Source: Octopus sinensis (Eukaryota). Taken from it: 64,000 nucleotides of DNA. The first letter of the stretch is position 1. Each line of letters opens with the position of its first letter. The notes beneath the pieces are model-generated. The model was given only the letters and a program-made list of their open reading frames with translations. It was not told the origin of the DNA and made no database searches. Position numbers and translations under genes: made by a program. Location of the stretch: assembly GCF_006345805.1 (NCBI RefSeq), contig NC_043008.1, forward strand, positions 25,048,001 to 25,112,000, read 5' to 3'. Below are positions 63,107 to 64,000 of this stretch, piece after piece.

Positions 63107-64000
63107 TATATTCATATATACTGTGGGTATGATTTTCGACACATAGTATCCCACTCCAATCAATTAAGTTAGTGAAAATGTTTTCACAATAAAAGCCACA
63201 AAAAACTTTATGAAAAGACCAGGTCTCCTCGCATAAAGGTTAGTTTATTTTGCAATTTATCAAAATTACACAAGCAACAAAACGGTTTAGTAACTGTGTT
63301 TGATGCAATCAGCATTTGAATGATCATGCTCATTTAAAACGAGATAGTTAGAAACTCAAGAGAGATAATTAACTTCACCGTAAATATACCCAATGTCTTT
63401 TGAATATAAAAAATTACATAAGCCAAAACTGGTATGGTCTGTGGTGTGTCCAGTGGTTTATCCTTCATTTCCACTAAGAAGTATTTTGTAAATTCGGACA
63501 GGAAGAAAAGAAATTATGTTAAACCATCTAAATTTAAAATTCCTCAACCATAACATTGATATATATGCGGAAAATGCAAGATCACAGAATTATGATAGCC
63601 AGGCCCTAAATTCCTTTGGAAAACTGTTTATTTCCAACCTTTTGTTCCTTAGGACTCAGTATTTTTATTGACATTAACCTGACAATGACTGACAGTTTAG
63701 ATATTTCCTTAGACCTCAAAATCTAAGTTATATTATGTTAAGATTCGAACCCTAACAGCGAAAATCATGCGTAAGCCACAACAGTTCCAACTGATTGATC
63801 TATAAGTCAGCATGAAGTTATGGTGTGATATGACTTCTCAGATGATTTAAAATTCTCCCCACTTTTTACCTTACTTAGACAGTTTGGCATCTAACTCACT
63901 AGGCAGACCAATTGAGGAACACACCCAACCATCTCAGATACTTAGGCAGAGCGCTTGGACAGACCACCTTGAGCAAGAGACAATTTCAGGCACTCACACA

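Overview
Eukaryotic, AT-rich, microsatellite-dense animal genomic DNA. The SINE families and repeat load look like Octopus or another coleoid cephalopod; this is recognition from memory, not database-verified. The window is mostly transposon landscape: two RTE LINE fragments, a 5'-truncated Tx1/L1-like LINE with an open 344-aa ORF sitting in a (GATA)n tract, a decayed Penelope-like RT+GIY-YIG element (Naiad-like), a complete but dead Tc1 element, maT (DD37D) and mariner relics, several non-autonomous Helitron-like elements, at least four SINE families and a tRNA-Phe pseudogene. It also holds many fold-back (long inverted repeat) elements, several carrying hammerhead-ribozyme-like motifs with canonical or variant cores. 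No recognisable named host gene was found. A CpG-depleted domain (~41-56 kb) contains five well-formed minus-strand exons that splice in frame, including a 14-nt microexon. A CpG-retaining block (~56.3-60.4 kb) separates it from a second CpG-poor domain with plus-strand exon candidates, suggesting a head-to-head gene pair. Most ORFs in the supplied track are microsatellite artefacts. No CRISPR array, rRNA or intact tRNA was seen.
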